Assembly: GCA_043813605.1 (NCBI GenBank)
Contig: JBDRKX010000047.1
Location: 1 to 64,000, forward strand
Direction of reading: 5' to 3'
Length of the DNA: 64,000 nt
DNA from: Elusimicrobiota bacterium
GTDB taxonomy: Bacteria > CG03 > SLGR01 > JBDRKX01
Numbering within the stretch: position 1 is the first letter of the stretch. Below are more model-generated notes on this DNA. The model saw only the letters and a list, made by a program, of their open reading frames with translations. It ran no database searches and was not told the origin of the DNA. The stretch itself is not shown here.

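Noticed and set aside
446..63870. Numerous plus-strand ORFs of 60-274 aa in the ORF track
   Set aside because: They are antisense shadows of the minus-strand genes and have Ser/Phe/Ile-rich composition with no recognisable motifs.
63963..63965. GTG 63965 as the true start of polyprotein A
   Set aside because: The frame is open to the window end, the codon sits mid-way through a uridine-kinase-like domain, and no SD precedes it.
1..64000. Giant ORFs as an artefact of stop-codon reassignment
   Set aside because: The frames are open under the standard code, and TAG and TAA end genes normally at 18111 and 17358.
18111..64000. NRPS/PKS, RTX/adhesin or Rhs explanation for the gene size
   Set aside because: No C/A/KS/ACP, GGxGxD, Ig-like or YD repeat arrays were seen.
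1..64000. CRISPR arrays, tRNA/rRNA, IS/integrase, inteins
   Set aside because: Only about 130 nt is non-coding. No regular nucleotide repeats, transposase motifs or Hint motifs were recognised by eye, though a profile search could still find divergent ones.

Overview
The window is almost entirely coding on the minus strand and holds only three genes. (1) A giant ORF (18111 to beyond 64000; at least 15,295 aa, open at the window end) is a string of about 35 unrelated enzyme, signalling and membrane domains separated by recurring zincin-like spacer modules. (2) A 206-aa membrane or secreted leader gene (17358-17978) carries a strong Rho-independent terminator inside its last codons. (3) A second giant ORF starts at ATG 17356 and runs off the left edge (at least 5,785 aa); the ORF track omits it because it has no stop in the window. 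It joins a signal peptide, a ChaN/TIKI-like N-domain, alanine dehydrogenase, an M16 peptidase, PGK, GAPDH, a Glu/Leu/Phe/Val dehydrogenase and pyruvate:ferredoxin oxidoreductase delta/beta/gamma subunits in one frame. The architecture resembles the giant proteins reported from Omnitrophota/Elusimicrobiota-type bacteria; this taxonomy is an inference. The most promising system is leader-gene attenuation controlling a membrane-anchored metabolic polyprotein that has possible internal processing signals. Domain calls come from manual motif recognition and their boundaries are approximate. No RNA genes, CRISPR arrays or mobile elements were recognised.
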